Shown here: piece by piece, positions 61,225 to 64,000 of the stretch
Numbering within the stretch: the first letter of the stretch is position 1
Layout: every line of letters starts with the position of its first letter
DNA from: Octopus sinensis
Taxonomy: Eukaryota
DNA length: 64,000 bases
Assembly: GCF_006345805.1 (NCBI RefSeq)
Contig: NC_043007.1
Span: 11,408,001-11,472,000 of the forward strand
Direction: 5' to 3'
Position numbers and translations under genes: made by a program
The notes under the pieces: generated by a model
Told to the model about the DNA's origin: nothing
Seen by the model: only the letters and a program-made list of their open reading frames with translations
Database searches by the model: none

Positions 61225-61523
61225 GGGGCATGTAAAAAGCACTATCCGAACATGGCCTATGCCAGCGCCGCCTTCACTAGTGTCCGTATCAGTGGCACGT
61301 AAAAAGCACTAACTGATCATGACCATTGCCAGCCCTCTCTGGCCCCTGTGCCAGCGGCACGTAAAAAGCACCCACTACACTCACAGAGTGGTTGGCGTTA
61401 GGAAGGGCATCCAGCTGTAGAAACACTGCTAGATCAGACTGGAGCCTGGTGCAGCCACCTGGCTTCCCAGACCTCAGCTGAACCATCCAACTCATGCTAG
61501 TATGGAAAATGGACGTTAAACGG

Positions 61524-61563
<40 letters not shown>
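61225..61563 (+). mobile_element. RTE 3' UTR fragment
   Basis: Family UTR plus (GAT)13. Confidence 0.7.
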
Positions 61564-61615
<52 letters not shown>

Positions 61616-62252
61616 TAATCAAGTGATAGAGCATTTGACAATGATAAGAAACAGTTTGAGGCTTTGTGTATCCTCTGTAATGAGTCAAAAAATAGTTTCA
61701 TGTAAACTCTTCTTTGGCACATCACAATTTGACATGGAACTGGCTAGCAGGGAGCTGTCCAGGCTCGAACTGTCTGTTGTGGCATGGTTTCTATAGCTAG
61801 ATGCCCTTCCTAATGTCAATCACTTAGCAGAGTGTGCTAGGTGCTTTTTACGTGCTACTGATACAGGTGTGTTTATGCAGCACCAGCACAGGTGTGTCAA
61901 TGCAGCAACAGTACAGGTGTTTTTTAAGTGGCACCGGCACCTGAAAGGACAAGCCTGCGTGTGTGGAAGACAGTGACTTTACTCATCTTGATATGTCTTC
62001 TGATGACTCTTTCACCACAACTTTTCCTTATTCTTTCTTCCTACATCTTGCAGCTCACCTGCGATGGACTGGCGTCATGTCCAGGTGGGGAACCTATATG
62101 CCAAGGAAACCGGGAAACTGGCCCTTATGAGCCAGGCATGGCTCAAGAAGGAACAAACAAAAAAATAAACATCACATGACCAAACCAGTGTATTCTTCTT
62201 TCTTGCACGCAACATCTCATGCCTCTTACACCTGGTTTCCCTCTTAAACTAT

Positions 62253-62600
62253 TTACACACCTGCATGCACAGTAACATTACACATCCAGTGAAGCATGAC
62301 AGCTTCATTTCTTTCAAGCCTTTGTATGTCCTCTGTAGTCAAAGCCCATGTCCCACAGCCATGTAACATAGCTGTATGTATACAGGCATCATACAATCTG
62401 CCTTTCACTCTGAGGGAGAGGCCCTTAGTTACCAACAAAGGTAGAAGGTCTCTGAAGTTTGTCCACCCCATTCTTATCCTAGCAGCTACACTTTCAGAAC
62501 TTCCTCCACCATTGCTAACTTTGTCTCCAAAGTAACAGAAGCTATCTACTACTTCTAATGATCCCTCCTCTGAGCATTTGAGAAAGCCTATTGTTTGCGC
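62253..62600 (-). pseudogene. RTE LINE RT thumb-region fragment
   Basis: LEVVDSFCYFGD...ARIRMGWTNFRDLLPLL...KGRLYDACIHTAMLHGCGTW...RLERNE..MLHWMC. Confidence 0.85.
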
Positions 62601-62734
62601 ATTTGTAGTGCTTATTGTGCCTGCACCTTGCCACACACAAAGACTATATTCACCATTAACCTATGTATATATACATCTATATTTATAACTATATATACAC
62701 ACACATATATATAAACACACACATATATATATAA

Positions 62735-62795
<61 letters not shown>

Positions 62796-62944
62796 TAAAT
62801 AGATATCGATATGTGTATGTGTGTGTGTGTGTGTGTGTGTGGGTACGTACATATATGTATGTATGTATACATATATCTATGCATACAATACATCTTTGTA
62901 TGCATCTAAGCATGGAAAGGTGGATGCAAAGCTGTATGTATATG

Positions 62945-62987
<43 letters not shown>

Positions 62988-63053
62988 TAAATATATATAT
63001 ATGTGTGTATGTATGTATATATACATGTATATACATATATATGTATGTGTGTG

Positions 63054-63084
<31 letters not shown>

Positions 63085-63639
63085 TTGTTTACTGTTTTGC
63101 ATCGACCTTTCCATGCTTAGGTGCATACAAAGGTTTATTTGTTGCATTAATTGCTTTTACAGCTCAATGGCGTTCATCCTACACCTGACTAATGAACTGT
63201 GATGTAGGACATAGAACCTGTTTTTATGTCTAGTCAGGCAAACTGAAACAAGCAGAGTAAACTGAGTTTTTTAAAAGTTTTTTAGGAGTCTTAACACAAT
63301 GACTGCATTAGTTATGGGCTCAGTAATCTGGGGATCTGGGGGGTGTTAAGCTCACAACAATTAGTGCATATCTGTTAACCTGTAAAATATCTTATTAAAC
63401 CTAATGAGAACAGTTATTAGTTGTATAGCAACATGTAGCTGACGATTACACACTTCTTTTCATAGTCATCCTCATCGTCATCATCATCGTCATTGTTGTT
63501 GTCAGCATCATCATCATCATCATCATTGTCCTCCTCCTCCTCATCATCATCATCGTTATCATCATCATCATCATCATCATCGTCGTCGTTGTCGTCGTTG
63601 TTGTTGTTGTCATCATCTTCATCATCCACTTTTCCATTC

Positions 63640-63761
63640 TTTGTAAGCCTAGTACTTATTCTATCGGTCTCTTTTACCAAACCGCTAAGTTACGGGGACG
63701 TAAATACACCAGCATCGGTTGTCAAGCGATGTTAGGGGGACAAACACAGACACACAAACAT

Positions 63762-63798
<37 letters not shown>

Positions 63799-63960
63799 CA
63801 TATATACGACAGGCTTCTTTCAATTTCCATCTACCAAATCCACTCACGAGGCTTTGGTCAGCCCGAGGGTATAGTAGAAGACACTACTAGGTGCCCCACA
63901 GTGGGAATGAACCTGGAGTCATGTGGTTGGTAAGCATGATACTTACCACACAGCCACTTA
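63640..63960 (-). mobile_element. SINE family A, 3'-truncated by a microsatellite
   Basis: Family head and body. Confidence 0.75.
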
Positions 63961-64000
63961 TTTCAATAATAATAAAAGAGTAAAGTTAATTAATTAATCA

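Overview
AT-rich eukaryotic DNA saturated with microsatellites and transposable elements. The repeat make-up suggests an octopus-type (coleoid cephalopod) genome, which is an inference from recalled repeat patterns, not a database result. There is no complete protein-coding gene; almost all listed ORFs are microsatellite read-throughs or transposon remnants. Contents: three tRNA-headed SINE families (labelled A, B, C here), RTE and CR1/L2-group LINE fragments, decayed mariner elements and MITEs, piggyBac-like MITEs, four non-autonomous Helitrons, Penelope-like (PLE) remnants, a retroposed U2 snRNA copy, and two weak candidate exons of a minus-strand gene. Main observations: (1) several small PLE-like elements carry minimal type I hammerhead ribozyme motifs, including long hairpin elements with back-to-back hammerheads; across families the core 3-8 pair appears as C-G, U-A and G-C. 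(2) A near full-length U2 copy is fused to a SINE/LINE 3' tail and flanked by a target-site duplication (TSD). (3) A tail-less LINE fragment is inserted with a 41-bp duplication and shares a variant with a minisatellite 5 kb away. (4) SINE multimers sit within single TSDs, and one SINE head carries four different bodies. SINE/LINE boundaries are approximate; ribozyme activity is predicted by eye only.
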